Of a stretch of DNA of 37,163 bases, positions 36,834 through 37,163 are shown one piece after another (the first letter of the stretch is position 1; the number at the start of each line of letters is the position of its first letter). Origin of the DNA: Choristocarpus tenellus KU-1152. Taxonomy: Eukaryota > Protista > Phaeophyceae. The notes below the pieces were generated by a model. It was given only the letters and a program-made list of their open reading frames with translations, had not been told where the DNA came from and ran no database searches. A program made the position numbers and the translations under genes. Location of the stretch: assembly GCA_964200185.2 (NCBI GenBank), contig CAXNAD020000041.1:1-37163 (forward strand), in the 5' to 3' direction.

Positions 36834-37163
36834 TCTCAAGAAGCTACACCCTCCAACCATGGCCTTTTTTCCTTCAATGTGGTGAGAAAGGTCTCCACAT
36901 ACCACTCCCAGCACCACTTGGTGTTGATGGTCACATCAAAGTCATACTTCTGCCCCCTCTCACAGTGGGCTGATTTTCTCTGCGCCTGCTTGATGACACA
37001 AACACGCTAGATTCCAATCTTGTTCTCAAAAATCGCGTCACATATGAATATCACCGTAGGAATGTGACTCTTGTGCTGTACCTTGGTGGAGTCCAACCTT
37101 TACTCCCTGGCCCTCCCTTTTAGAAGTCGTTTCATTCCTGGAGGTAGTGCTAAAGCATAGCAT
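36834..37163 (-). mobile_element. mariner-like transposase fragment, inverted copy, runs off window end
   Basis: Reverse strand reads VQHKSHIPTVIFICDAIFENKIGI*RVCVIKQAQRKSAHCERGQKYDFDVTINTKWCWEWYVETFLTTLKEKRPWLEGV; inverted match to 34109-34215 and 36207-36434. Confidence 0.78.

Overview
Eukaryotic, intron-rich genomic DNA; a stramenopile, probably brown-alga-like, is inferred from gene content and architecture. It holds two convergent spliced genes and a transposon-filled tail. (1) A + strand 23-exon gene (889-24815; 8100 nt CDS, ~2699 aa, all splice phases consistent, one GC-AG intron) encodes a giant uncharacterised protein. It has an N-terminal helical domain, coiled coils, 3-4 IQ calmodulin-binding motifs, two segments resembling the dynein heavy-chain stalk microtubule-binding domain, and about 8 beta-rich C-terminal repeats. 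(2) A - strand gene (29182 to 25053, 10 exons visible) encodes the histidine-acid-phosphatase-like C-terminal half of a PPIP5K/Vip1 inositol pyrophosphate kinase and appears to end in a tail-anchor-like hydrophobic helix; its upstream exons are not in the window. (3) 30913-37163 holds a degenerate TIR-bounded pogo element with an intron-containing transposase, and mariner-like transposase fragments in inverted orientation, one interrupted by a nested ~2 kb TIR element. The 5' end of gene 1 is CpG-rich while its first intron is almost CpG-free. All domain calls come from reading motifs by eye; no database search was run.
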